Assembly (NCBI GenBank): GCA_028818155.1
Contig: JAPPOH010000005.1
Location: 29,943 to 93,942 of the forward strand
DNA length: 64,000 nt
Reading direction: 5' to 3'
DNA from: Candidatus Woesearchaeota archaeon
GTDB lineage: Archaea > Nanobdellota > Nanobdellia > Woesearchaeales > UBA525
Shown here: one piece after another, positions 45,122 through 54,343 of the stretch
Layout of the letters: every line of letters begins with the position of its first letter
Position numbering within the stretch: the stretch's first letter is position 1
Program-made: the position numbers and the translations under genes
Notes under the pieces: generated by a model
What the model was told of the DNA's origin: nothing
Seen by the model: the letters and a program-made list of their open reading frames with translations, nothing else
Databases searched by the model: none

Positions 45122-45185
45122 AGTATTTAACCCAGTCTAGCAAGTTCTTCTTAGGTGCTCACATTGCATCATGTTCCTAGAACAG

Positions 45186-45473
45186 CTAGAATTCAAATCC
45201 GAGGATGTTCATAATGAATTCATCTATTTCCTTCAACTTCTCTTTGTTGAGGGAGACTTGCAAGCCATACGAGGTTGGTTTTGTGAGAAGCAGTTGCTCT
45301 TTCACCAACGCTTTCGCTACATTTTTGACGTCTTTCTTCGCATGAGCAGGAAACCCTTTCTTCAGCGTGTCAAAATGTGTGTGTACGCCACCCAGCACTT
45401 TTTTTCTGCGTAAGTTGTACAGAATAGTTGCCCTTACCTTATCCTCGTTGTTCATGAGAATGGGGAATAGCAT
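45186..45473 (-). CDS. small hypothetical protein (95 aa), possible wHTH
   Basis: ORF-track ORF, divergent from the next HTH gene. The inverted repeat AATGTTTC (45483-45490) / GAAACATT (45518-45525) lies in the shared promoter region. Confidence 0.5.
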   Translation of the reverse strand: MLFPILMNNEDKVRATILYNLRRKKVLGGVHTHFDTLKKGFPAHAKKDVKNVAKALVKEQLLLTKPTSYGLQVSLNKEKLKEIDEFIMNILGFEF

Positions 45474-45555
45474 TGAATATTTGAATGTTTCTAAAATTGA
45501 AATTTAAAAACAATAATCGAAACATTTATTAATCTACGAAGATACACTCATTGTT

Positions 45556-45861
45556 ATGAAAACGGAAACAATATTCGTGGAAGTATTTGGGCGTAGCCCA
45601 CTCATGAAGGTGCTGGACTTCCTCATTACGTATCAACTCTACGATTATCCATTAACTGAAATTGCAAAGAATGCGGGTGTCAGTTATTCAACACTCCAGA
45701 CATTCTGGAATAACTTAGTGAAGAATAACATTGTTGTCAAAACGAGAAGAGTGGGGAAATCAGACTTGTATATGCTCAATACAGACAATCCTGCAGTACA
45801 ACAACTCTTAAAACTCGACTGGAACCTCATACAAGGGGTTGAAGAACCTATTGCTGCTTGA
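45556..45861 (+). CDS. small winged-HTH transcriptional regulator (101 aa)
   Basis: LTEIAKNAGVSYSTLQTFWNNLVKNNIVV is an HTH with a following wing. Confidence 0.65.
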   Translation: MKTETIFVEVFGRSPLMKVLDFLITYQLYDYPLTEIAKNAGVSYSTLQTFWNNLVKNNIVVKTRRVGKSDLYMLNTDNPAVQQLLKLDWNLIQGVEEPIAA

Positions 45862-45924
45862 TTCTCTCAAATTTCTCTTGAATTTCTTCTACCGCATATT
45901 CTTCCGCTTTTTTCGAGAGTGCTT

Positions 45925-46326
45925 TCACCATTCCATCATCACTTTTCTCTTCGCGAGCGGCGTGATGGCAACTTGCCGCTTCTTCAATCCTTTCGTCAGT
46001 TCTTTTGGGAGCCTCAGTGTAAAATTATCACCATCAAACGAGAGTTTTCTCGTGAATGAGAAGGATGTTTTCTCAAGTGCACGCTTCACTTCTAATGCAG
46101 TGTCAAGCTTCTGCGCCTCATCGAAACCGAGTAATTCTCTCTTACACTTCGGACAACGGAACACCTTGATCGTAAGTGTTATTCCTCCAGACAGAGGATA
46201 ATTTTTTGCAACAAGCTTCATTTTTCTATTATCTTTGCCACAGTATGTTGTTCCCTTCGATGTAAATGCGTCTTTCGAGAATTCGACATCCACACCTTCC
46301 AATTTTTCTAGATCGATGTTTTTCAT
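45925..46326 (-). CDS. putative antitoxin: zinc-ribbon (CPKC) + AbrB/SpoVT-like swapped-hairpin domain (133 aa from internal Met MKNIDLEK)
   Basis: FRCPKCKRELL and TRKLSFDGDNFTLRLPKELTKGLKKRQVAI are AbrB/MazE-like. Its ATG overlaps the stop of the upstream toxin gene by 4 nt. Confidence 0.55.
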   Translation of the reverse strand: MKNIDLEKLEGVDVEFSKDAFTSKGTTYCGKDNRKMKLVAKNYPLSGGITLTIKVFRCPKCKRELLGFDEAQKLDTALEVKRALEKTSFSFTRKLSFDGDNFTLRLPKELTKGLKKRQVAITPLAKRKVMMEW

Positions 46327-46583
46327 TTTCGTTTGTAATGCTTGATTTGTTTCTTGTCTGATGGGTACGCAGTAGTTATCTGAGCCTTTCTTTTTCTGAG
46401 GGTGAAGAAGATGGTAACGAATCGCGCTGCACAACCAATCGCAACAAGTTGCCGTCCACCAACTTTTTTGAAGATTGGTGCATCATAGTGCAGCACAGAT
46501 ACGATCTCTGCTGCTGAGATGCCATGCTTCTTCTCAACTTTCTCAAGGATATGGGGCTCGATCCGCACGTGATCAATCTTCAT
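46323..46583 (-). CDS. putative toxin, DUF4258/BrnT-like small protein (86 aa)
   Basis: The MKIDHVRIEPHILEKVEKKHGISAAEIVSVL...ITTAY pattern is typical of the DUF4258 toxin family. It is translationally coupled to the downstream antitoxin candidate. Confidence 0.55.
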   Translation of the reverse strand: MKIDHVRIEPHILEKVEKKHGISAAEIVSVLHYDAPIFKKVGGRQLVAIGCAARFVTIFFTLRKRKAQITTAYPSDKKQIKHYKRK

Positions 46584-46708
46584 ACCCTACTATTTTCGTA
46601 AGGTTTTCTATATATAAATCTTACGATTCCTCTCGAAGTCATAGAAGATGGAAATCTCACTGCAATTAAATAGTTTGTGGCCGCACATGTCCAGTGGAAG
46701 AATAAAAA

Positions 46709-47092
46709 TCAACTCGCGAGCGCCTGCACGAGCGGACTCATTTTCTCGTATGCAGGGATCGTGAGTTTTTCAGTTATCGCAGTGTTCTCTTTGTACATGA
46801 CGAGTGTCAGAATCAAATAATTTCTCCAATTGGTGAAATGCACCTGCACACGATCGATCTCTCTGAGTAATTTCTTTGTACTGATGTTCCCTGAGCCAAG
46901 GTACTTGAAAAAACGAGATGCTTGCCATATCTCGACAGCGACAAGCTGTTGATTCTTATCGATGTCAAGGTGGAAATTATCTTGAACTTCTATACTCTCG
47001 CTCGATGTGCGCTTCGGGTTGCCTATGAAGAGGATGTCATCTTCATAGTTGTAGAGCCATGTGTATGCCATATTCATTGTTGCTTCCTCCAT
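46709..47092 (-). CDS. DUF2283-family protein (N-terminal YNYEDDILFI...IEV...LDIDKNQQLVAVEI) with C-terminal extension
   Basis: The motif pattern matches the DUF2283 family; a second member is at 57190..57393. Confidence 0.55.
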   Translation of the reverse strand: MEEATMNMAYTWLYNYEDDILFIGNPKRTSSESIEVQDNFHLDIDKNQQLVAVEIWQASRFFKYLGSGNISTKKLLREIDRVQVHFTNWRNYLILTLVMYKENTAITEKLTIPAYEKMSPLVQALAS

Positions 47093-47117
47093 CTTTTTAA
47101 TGTTTTTGCGCCAATTT

Positions 47118-48110
47118 TCATTGCATACATGCTGGAAAATACGTGTACGTGTGCTCTCGCAGAATCATTAACAATTCGTGTCGCTTGAGCACTGTTTTCA
47201 ATAAGCTTCTGAGCTCCATAAGCACATCGTTGAGCTCCATCCTCGTCTTGATCCTGAGCTCAATCTGAATGTCTGCCGTGCCAATCGTCTTGTAGAAGTA
47301 CGTGACGTTTGGGTGATTCAGAAGAAAACTGTTGAGTTGCTGCTCTAATGAAGGTGAGAGTTTTCCAAGTTGCAAGCTGACGAGGTACCAATTGTACCCG
47401 AGCTTTTTCGGCCAGACGTCTGGACGGTAGTTGATGATGATGCTTTCTTTTTCTAGACGTGCTAACCTGTATTTGAGAAAGTCTCTTGTGACATTGAGAT
47501 TCGCTGCTGCTGTCGCCAGTGGTATTCTCGCGTTGTTCGCGAGGAGACTGAGGAGTTTTGCGTCTGTTGCATCTACTGTTGCTTTCGCATCTGTTTGTTT
47601 GAGTGTGAAGACTGGATCCTCTTCAGTGTAGAGGAAGCTGAATGGCACAGCGTATTCTTCTGTGAGGAGGTTTCGTTCGTACGTATCAATGTATTCCTTG
47701 AATTCGTCTTCAATATCTTTCATGATCTCAACCATTTGCATACGATCCTTTGCGAAGAGTTTGAGAACAATATCATATGTGCCGATGCAGCGCACGAGCC
47801 ACGCGATGTGTGGATGGGTTTCTAGTTTTGTGAGGATTGCCTGTTCCGTTTCGATGTCGATGTTCCTGAGTTTTAGTGCGATGAGGTACATCTCCCAGCC
47901 GAGCTTCTTGACGTCGATGATGGTGTTGAAGCCTGTGAGGAACCCTTGTTGTTGGAGTCTCTTAATTCTGTATGCGACAGATTCTTTGCTGAGGCGGACG
48001 CTCTTTGCTATGCTTGCGTATGAAGCTCTTGCGTTCTTGAAGAGTGCTCGGAGAATTTTCTTATCTTTCTCGTCGAGCGGTCTCGCTAAGAGTGTTTCAT
48101 CAGGCTCCAT
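47118..48110 (-). CDS. tandem Lrp/AsnC-family transcriptional regulator (two HTH_AsnC + RAM modules), 330 aa
   Basis: Two HTH modules, KDKKILRALFKNARASYASIAKSVRLSKESVAYRIKRL and DAKLLSLLANNARIPLATAAANLNVTRDFLKYRLARL, each followed by a RAM-like domain. Confidence 0.85.
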   Translation of the reverse strand: MEPDETLLARPLDEKDKKILRALFKNARASYASIAKSVRLSKESVAYRIKRLQQQGFLTGFNTIIDVKKLGWEMYLIALKLRNIDIETEQAILTKLETHPHIAWLVRCIGTYDIVLKLFAKDRMQMVEIMKDIEDEFKEYIDTYERNLLTEEYAVPFSFLYTEEDPVFTLKQTDAKATVDATDAKLLSLLANNARIPLATAAANLNVTRDFLKYRLARLEKESIIINYRPDVWPKKLGYNWYLVSLQLGKLSPSLEQQLNSFLLNHPNVTYFYKTIGTADIQIELRIKTRMELNDVLMELRSLLKTVLKRHELLMILREHTYTYFPACMQ

Positions 48111-48207
48111 ATGATTCGTAAATAGCTATTTTTTTATAAAATTTTTGCTATTTGATAGAAAATTTTAGAGATTATTTTATATTATACTACTGAATAGTGG
48201 TTTCGCA

Positions 48208-49080
48208 ATGAACTGGCAAGATATATTTGAAGAAGCTCAGGAGCATGCTGGCATTACACTTGATGAGATACTGCGCGTGCCAGAAAAACTACAGTATGTA
48301 TCCTGGAAAAAAGCGCGTGTCTCTCGGGATACGCTGCAACGATTGCAAGAGGAAGCACTCGCAGTGCCTATTCAAAACGGTGAAGTCGTTGTTATCGATT
48401 TCTCAGATCCAGAAAACATGTACAAGGGCCCTAAGGAAGAACGCGACCAATATCGTGACACAAATGCAATCTTCTTCCATACAAATGTGGACAAAGTAGT
48501 GGATGAAGAGACATTAATACAAGCACATGTGCATATGAAAAACTTAGGGGGCAGCGGCTATCATATTCACATCACGTCATTTGATATGCACCTCCTACCT
48601 GAGACATTCAGGGGGGTTACATCGCAATACTCAGAGAATTTCCCAACATGCGCTCCCACACCATTGGAAGCAGACATCGATGCAGATTACGCAAACATTA
48701 TGCAGCTCCTCCGTAGACAAGTTCCCGACTTCTGCATTCTTGGTGAAAGTGGAACGGGTAAGACGTGGTTGTTGCAACGTTTACTTCGTGATACGACACA
48801 GAGTAATGCATTCAGGGACTATAATCGAGCGTACTTTGACCTCGCAGCAACAAGCCCAGAGGAAGTACGAGACTACGCTGCAAAAGAAAGCCCTGATTTG
48901 TTGCTCGTTGATAATGCCACTGACTTGGGCACGTGCTTCGATAGAGGGGCTGCTCTGCTGGAGCAAAGGTCAGGCATTACGTCGAACATGCAAATCGTGT
49001 ACGCATCTACAGGAGTGTACGCACTTCGCGGTTGTATGCCATACAGGCTTGGTCCTGGTAGACTTGCCCGCGTTGATTGA
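48208..49080 (+). CDS. P-loop NTPase of unknown family (Walker A GESGTGKT at ~aa 186; Walker B LLLVDNATD)
   Basis: ORF-track ORF. It is followed 10 nt later by the next ORF, which has a GAGGTGGGAGA SD-like sequence. Confidence 0.7.
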   Translation: MNWQDIFEEAQEHAGITLDEILRVPEKLQYVSWKKARVSRDTLQRLQEEALAVPIQNGEVVVIDFSDPENMYKGPKEERDQYRDTNAIFFHTNVDKVVDEETLIQAHVHMKNLGGSGYHIHITSFDMHLLPETFRGVTSQYSENFPTCAPTPLEADIDADYANIMQLLRRQVPDFCILGESGTGKTWLLQRLLRDTTQSNAFRDYNRAYFDLAATSPEEVRDYAAKESPDLLLVDNATDLGTCFDRGAALLEQRSGITSNMQIVYASTGVYALRGCMPYRLGPGRLARVD

Positions 49081-49089
49081 GGTGGGAGA

Positions 49090-49932
49090 ATGCAACAACT
49101 GGGTTTGGATGAGGCGACCACACGACTGGAGAAACTTCTTACCCAATACAAGGGGAACTATCGGTTAGCGGTCACATTTCTGCTCCGAGAACGCTTCACG
49201 GCGTCAGGACTTGAGTATTGGCAGCTCGCATCCGATGAGCCGCTCTCTCCAAGACATATAAGTGTAGAAACGTGCAAATGGTTCCTTGATCCGCTCCATC
49301 ACAGAATAACGGAAGAAATTGATTTCACTCGAGAACGCAAGCACGGCCTTTTTCGTCCAGGCTTCGTTGAGATGTGTGATCGTCTTAATATCGATGATGC
49401 GGGAACGCAGTATCTTCTCGGCATGTATCAAGACGGGGAGTTCTTTGGTGGAGAGCTAGGTATTGTTTCGTACGAAAGAGATCTTGCAATACGAAGACAG
49501 TTCAAGACAATCACATCAATCGGCCCTGAGATAGTTGAACTAAGAATCCCAGAGTATCTTGCTGAACTTAAGAGGAGAATGAGGAAACACGACCTAACAT
49601 ATACTATTCTCACACCCAACGAACAGCAAATAAAAGAACTCTACGACAGATTACGCGAGGACGGAGGATTCTTACCAACATTTCGTGGGATGGTAATGCC
49701 TTTAGAGATGCAAGAGACGCAGGTGTATTATGGCGATACCAGAAGGATAGCTCGTGTGCCGTGCTTTTCAGAACGGAGAAGCCCATACTGGGTGTATCGT
49801 ACTCCGTCAAAAGAGCTGCTCGCAACCGCACAACTCGCTGAGGGATTCTATACACACATGCAGAATGGGGGTAATCCTCTCACACTGGACGGAAAGCTCT
49901 TTGAGCACAGGGACTGGCCAGATTCTTTATAA
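49090..49932 (+). CDS. hypothetical protein (280 aa), translationally close to upstream P-loop NTPase
   Basis: ORF-track ORF with an RBS-like GGTGGGAGA upstream. Confidence 0.6.
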   Translation: MQQLGLDEATTRLEKLLTQYKGNYRLAVTFLLRERFTASGLEYWQLASDEPLSPRHISVETCKWFLDPLHHRITEEIDFTRERKHGLFRPGFVEMCDRLNIDDAGTQYLLGMYQDGEFFGGELGIVSYERDLAIRRQFKTITSIGPEIVELRIPEYLAELKRRMRKHDLTYTILTPNEQQIKELYDRLREDGGFLPTFRGMVMPLEMQETQVYYGDTRRIARVPCFSERRSPYWVYRTPSKELLATAQLAEGFYTHMQNGGNPLTLDGKLFEHRDWPDSL

Positions 49933-50023
49933 ACACATTCGTCCCTCGAGCATACTCAGTCACCTCTCCAAAGTGATAAAAATCACAACCTTTATAAACT
50001 CCACAGTGATCCCATGTACTACA

Positions 50024-50836
50024 ATGAGCATCGTCCAAAAAGACTTCCTGAAGAAGATCAAGGATTTCGGCCTCAACAGTTACGAGGCAAAAATCTGGAC
50101 AGCACTCCTCTCACGAGGCATCTCCACCGCTGGAGAGCTGTCTGACATCGCAAATGTTCCACGATCACGATCGTATGACGTTCTTGAATCACTCGAGAAG
50201 AAGGGCTTCATTATCATGAAGATCGGCAAGCCAATCAAGTATATTGCTGTTGATCCAGATGAAGTCGTTGAACGAGTCAAGAAAAACGTGAAAGCAGAAT
50301 CTGAGAAACAGGTTGAAACGCTCGAAAGTATCAGAGAAAGCGACCTGCTCGATGAACTCAAGAGCTTACACAAAAATGGTGTTGAGATGGTCGATCCTTC
50401 AGAGATCACGGGCGCGCTCAAATCTCGACACAACGCATATGATCAAATCGATCAGATGATCAGGACAGCTGAGAAAGAACTCACACTCGTCACAACAGAG
50501 GAAGGTATCCTGCGAAAAGCAGATACGCACTTCCGAAGCTTGAAGAAAGCGCACGATCGTGGTGTGAAAATCAGCATCGCATGTCCCGTTACTGATAAGA
50601 ACAGGTCAACGATTTCCGATCTCCAAAGTATTGCAACAATCCGAGATGTCACAGTGCAAGCACGTCTTGTCATCGCTGACAACAAGGAAGTCTTGTTCAT
50701 GCTGCTTGATGATGACGCAGTCCACCCAACATATGACGTTGGTGTCTGGATTAACACACCATTCTTCGCAGCTGCTCTGATGGAGATGTTCTCACTCGTT
50801 TGGAAACAGGCGAAGGAAGTCAAAGTCAAGGTGTGA
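50024..50836 (+). CDS. TrmB-family transcriptional regulator (270 aa from Met MSIVQKDFL)
   Basis: N-terminal TrmB HTH LLSRGISTAGELSDIANVPRSRSYDVLESLEKKGFI plus a C-terminal TrmB-like domain. Confidence 0.8.
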   Translation: MSIVQKDFLKKIKDFGLNSYEAKIWTALLSRGISTAGELSDIANVPRSRSYDVLESLEKKGFIIMKIGKPIKYIAVDPDEVVERVKKNVKAESEKQVETLESIRESDLLDELKSLHKNGVEMVDPSEITGALKSRHNAYDQIDQMIRTAEKELTLVTTEEGILRKADTHFRSLKKAHDRGVKISIACPVTDKNRSTISDLQSIATIRDVTVQARLVIADNKEVLFMLLDDDAVHPTYDVGVWINTPFFAAALMEMFSLVWKQAKEVKVKV

Positions 50837-50838
50837 GC

Positions 50839-51162
50839 ATGACTACCGCCGATGTAGCACTTCCTAGTGCAGATGCTGCACGTTCGAAAGGGCCAGTAAG
50901 AAGGTTTCTCGGTTCGTATGTCGAAGAAGGATGCACAGTAACACTAGAACAAAGTGGTTTTTTTCGACGGACAAACTACACAACGATAGATCATGATGGC
51001 AGACAACGAACAGAACAGCATCAAGAGCCAAATATTGTTGACCTTCTCGCTGTTCTTGCCGGAGGACTCGGCTTTTTTCAAAGGCGAGCAGAACGAGGAG
51101 CTGAGAGAATGCAATATACAGATAGATTCAGAGACGATGTTCTTCACGCAAATCAATACTAA
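50839..51162 (+). CDS. hypothetical protein (~107 aa from MTTADVAL)
   Basis: ORF-track ORF 50800..51162 whose upstream part overlaps the TrmB gene; weak. Confidence 0.35.
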   Translation: MTTADVALPSADAARSKGPVRRFLGSYVEEGCTVTLEQSGFFRRTNYTTIDHDGRQRTEQHQEPNIVDLLAVLAGGLGFFQRRAERGAERMQYTDRFRDDVLHANQY

Positions 51163-51192
51163 ACTCCTAGATACACAACACCTTTCTCTGTT

Positions 51193-51963
51193 TTGAAATC
51201 ATTCTCAGAACTTTGTGTGTCCATGACCAGTGGCTTTTTAAACAAACTCAAAACAAATTCTCAGATGGACCCGCCAAAGTGCACACTGAAAATCCTCGGC
51301 ACGAATCATATTGCAGAGGAATCCGTCCGTGACATCAAGAAGACATTCAAAGAGTTCAAGCCAGACGTTATTGCTGTGGAATTAGATAAGAGAAGATTAC
51401 AATCCTTGCAAGAACGACTCAAAGGAGCAAAACAGTCCATCCCACTCAGCATGATCAGGCACGTGGGACTCACAGGCTTTCTCTTCATGGTCATCGGCGC
51501 GTTCGTACAGAAGAAACTCGGGAACATCGTCCACGTCCAGCCAGGCATGGATATGCTCACGACCATCCAAGAAGCGAAAAAAATAGGCAAACCAACATTT
51601 CTTGTTGACCAAGATGTCATGATTACGATGCGGCACCTCTCCAAAGCCTTCACGTGGAGAGAAAAGTTCCAGATCCTCTGGGATGTCATCGCTTCCCCAT
51701 TCTCAAAGATCGATATCAAAATCGACATCAGAAAAGTTCCAGATAAGAAAACAATCAAGCAACTCCTGCAACTCCTCAAGGAGCGCTACCCATCTATCTA
51801 TAACGTGCTCATTATCGAGAGAAACGTCGTCATGGCGACGAGGATTGATAGGATTATCAGAGCACAACCTGGAAAGAAAATTCTCTTAGTCGTAGGAGCA
51901 GGACATGAAGAGGATCTCACGGCGAGGTTCAAGGTGATTGAACATCTCGTGACAGTTGTGTAA
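51193..51963 (+). CDS. TraB/PrgY/GumN-family protein
   Basis: N-terminal LKILGTNHIAEESVRDIKKTFKEFKPDVIAVELDKRR matches the TraB family signature (LIGTAHVS...PD.V.VEL). The family's conserved near-C-terminal GAGH motif is also present. Confidence 0.75.
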   Translation: MKSFSELCVSMTSGFLNKLKTNSQMDPPKCTLKILGTNHIAEESVRDIKKTFKEFKPDVIAVELDKRRLQSLQERLKGAKQSIPLSMIRHVGLTGFLFMVIGAFVQKKLGNIVHVQPGMDMLTTIQEAKKIGKPTFLVDQDVMITMRHLSKAFTWREKFQILWDVIASPFSKIDIKIDIRKVPDKKTIKQLLQLLKERYPSIYNVLIIERNVVMATRIDRIIRAQPGKKILLVVGAGHEEDLTARFKVIEHLVTVV

Positions 51964-52325
51964 GAAAGCTTATTAGGAGATACACCACTTCCCCTGTAAT
52001 GCATGCATTACTCTATACAGAAACACACCCTCAAAGGGGAGAGAGACCAGAAACAACATACTTCATAGCGGATCTCCGAGGATGCAAATCTCTCGGGCTC
52101 GGGAGCACGTTGTGCACGACAAATAGCGTTGTTTTCGCAGATCAGCTAGCACAATTAGAAGAAGTTGGTGTTCAGTTACACTCTCAAAGACCACTTCGTG
52201 CTCTTTCACCCTGGAGACCGGGCGGACACTACAGAGATCCAATCCGTGTCACGACAGCCCCGTTCACTCCTTAGCACGAATTTCGAAAGATAACCTTTTT
52301 AACCTCGCTTTTTAAAGACTCGACT

Positions 52326-53192
52326 ATGGCAATGCCTGGCGCACACAACGTGTGGTACAATCTCAAGAACTATGTGCGTGTTATGCCCGACGAATTCATC
52401 GGCATCTGTGTCACAGCGGTCTTCGCTTCATTCATCCTCACATTCAACGATTGGGGGACAACAACATTCAACGTGGCAGCAGGACTGCGCTCATTATTGA
52501 CAGTCTTCATTTATCTCGCAATCATTTTTCTTATCACAACATGTATCGCAAAGTTAATCGGTATCAAGCAAGGATTTCTCGTGTACTATCAGCCACATTT
52601 GATCGGCATGATGGCAGGATTGATCATTTGCGTCGCCTCAGCAGGCTACTTGCCTATTTTCTTGCCGGGAGGGTTCAAACTTGACTATCCACACAGGATG
52701 GTCATGGGAAAATGGCGTGGCTACCACAGACAGTGGGAGCTTGGCATGATTAATGGGTTATTCCCGCTCGTGATTCTTGCGTTTTTGTTGCTCTTGAACC
52801 CCTTGTACATGACCACAGGGAATGAGATGTATGTGAAACTAATCGTGGTCACATGTCTCGTTGCAATCTTTGCGATGATTCCCCTGCCGAATATTGCGTT
52901 GGAGTATGGTGGTCGTGTGACGGACTTCTTCCGGTACTTGAAAGGCGCAACCTTCGGCTTTGATGTGTTTTTCTGCAGCAAGAACTGGTATACTGCTTTG
53001 GTGACGTACGTGCTTTTCTTCAGCATCGTCTCGTATATTCTCACGAAGTCTGGTGCAAAAGTTGGCGTCGCACTCTACATTCTCAGCTGGATTGTCGGCG
53101 GACTTGCGCTGTTCATCTATAGGCATATCGTCTATGATCCTTCCTCTGGGCAAGAGTATCACTTCACCTATTCCGGTGGAGAGCCTGAGTAA
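52326..53192 (+). CDS. polytopic membrane protein of unknown function (288 aa, ~7 TM)
   Basis: Multiple long hydrophobic segments. Confidence 0.7.
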   Translation: MAMPGAHNVWYNLKNYVRVMPDEFIGICVTAVFASFILTFNDWGTTTFNVAAGLRSLLTVFIYLAIIFLITTCIAKLIGIKQGFLVYYQPHLIGMMAGLIICVASAGYLPIFLPGGFKLDYPHRMVMGKWRGYHRQWELGMINGLFPLVILAFLLLLNPLYMTTGNEMYVKLIVVTCLVAIFAMIPLPNIALEYGGRVTDFFRYLKGATFGFDVFFCSKNWYTALVTYVLFFSIVSYILTKSGAKVGVALYILSWIVGGLALFIYRHIVYDPSSGQEYHFTYSGGEPE

Positions 53193-53606
53193 ATTATCTT
53201 CGCAAGTGTTTTTCATACTCTTGCAGAAACTGATCAATCACTTCTCTTTCTCGTTGCATCCTATGTTGCCTTCCTTCCTCAATATGCTGTTCTGCTTCAG
53301 GAACGGATGCTGTAAAAATTTGATGGAACTGGCGAACTTCATGAGGAAGATGTAACATATCTCCAGTAGGGTGAACAAGGGCGCTTCCTTCAGGACTGTA
53401 TCCATCACGAAGCCAGACCAAATCTCTTGTTCGTTGGTCTCGTATTGCGAGCGGTGAGCGCTGGAATACATCACTCTCTTGCATACCTGCATCTTCAACT
53501 CCAAGCGCTTCCACAAGTATAGCGGCTCCTGTCTTGTATGCTTCGATAGGATTATCGCTGATATGCACGTCCATACATTTAGATTCATGTTCGTGTATAA
53601 AAAGAT

Positions 53607-53873
53607 TCACACAAACGAATACAACCCTTTGAATGCCAAATAGATAGCCAAACACAACGCTGCCGTCTGGTGTGTGTGCCAGAAGAACCAGAACATGAGC
53701 AGCCCAATGATCACATCTACAACACTCAGAATATCTGGCATCGTGATGAGTCCTTTGACGATAATCGCAAGGCCCATGCCTGCCTGCAGATGGTTGAATG
53801 GATGATCAAATACAATGCCGACGAATGCAATCGCCGCGAGGACGTCGATTATCCCGAAGAACCAGAGGAGCAT
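53607..53873 (-). CDS. small membrane protein (88 aa, 3 TM)
   Basis: Hydrophobic ORF; 53194..53655 (-) downstream may be a second hypothetical gene. Confidence 0.45.
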   Translation of the reverse strand: MLLWFFGIIDVLAAIAFVGIVFDHPFNHLQAGMGLAIIVKGLITMPDILSVVDVIIGLLMFWFFWHTHQTAALCLAIYLAFKGLYSFV

Positions 53874-54030
53874 GTTGCGAGGAATTTGAGAGAGTATTTA
53901 TTGATTTTTTTACTATAGAGAAAGGAATTTCTCGTCAATAACATCGACGACAAATCCGAAACCTTTAAAAGGACAATTCCCTAAAATCACGTCTAAGAAA
54001 GGACAGAAGTCCATTCGAGGTGGCATTAAC

Positions 54031-54258
54031 ATGGCAAAAAAGGTTGCAAAGGTTGGCGTCAAGAAGGAGGGAGGCTATCTCTACTTCGTTGACAAACAAG
54101 GAGACGTTAGTCGAGCAAAGATGGCTCGCGGCGGAAAGAAAGGCGGTAAGCCAGAGAAAGTTGCGAAAGCAGGCGTCAAGAAGGAGAAGGGATACCTCTA
54201 CTTCGTTGATAAAGACGGCGACATTAGCAACGCAAAGATGGCTCGCGGTCGAAAGTAA
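54031..54258 (+). CDS. small highly basic protein (75 aa) made of two tandem ~37-aa modules (VAK[VA]GVKKE.GYLYFVDK.GD[VI]S.AKMARG)
   Basis: Internal duplication is visible in both protein and DNA. An SD-like GAGGTGG lies 7 nt upstream, a TATA-like TTTAAAA at ~53958, and T-tracts follow the stop. Confidence 0.6.
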   Translation: MAKKVAKVGVKKEGGYLYFVDKQGDVSRAKMARGGKKGGKPEKVAKAGVKKEKGYLYFVDKDGDISNAKMARGRK

Positions 54259-54343
54259 ACCTTCTTTTTTTCAACACTTTTTCTTGTACCTGCACGTAGT
54301 GCTCTATTTACCATTCTCATGTAGAAATAGTTAAATAGAGTAC

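Noticed and set aside
53238-53588. 116-aa minus-strand ORF in an alternative frame overlapping 53194..53655.
   Set aside because: It overlaps another equally weak ORF, and neither can be distinguished from chance without homology.
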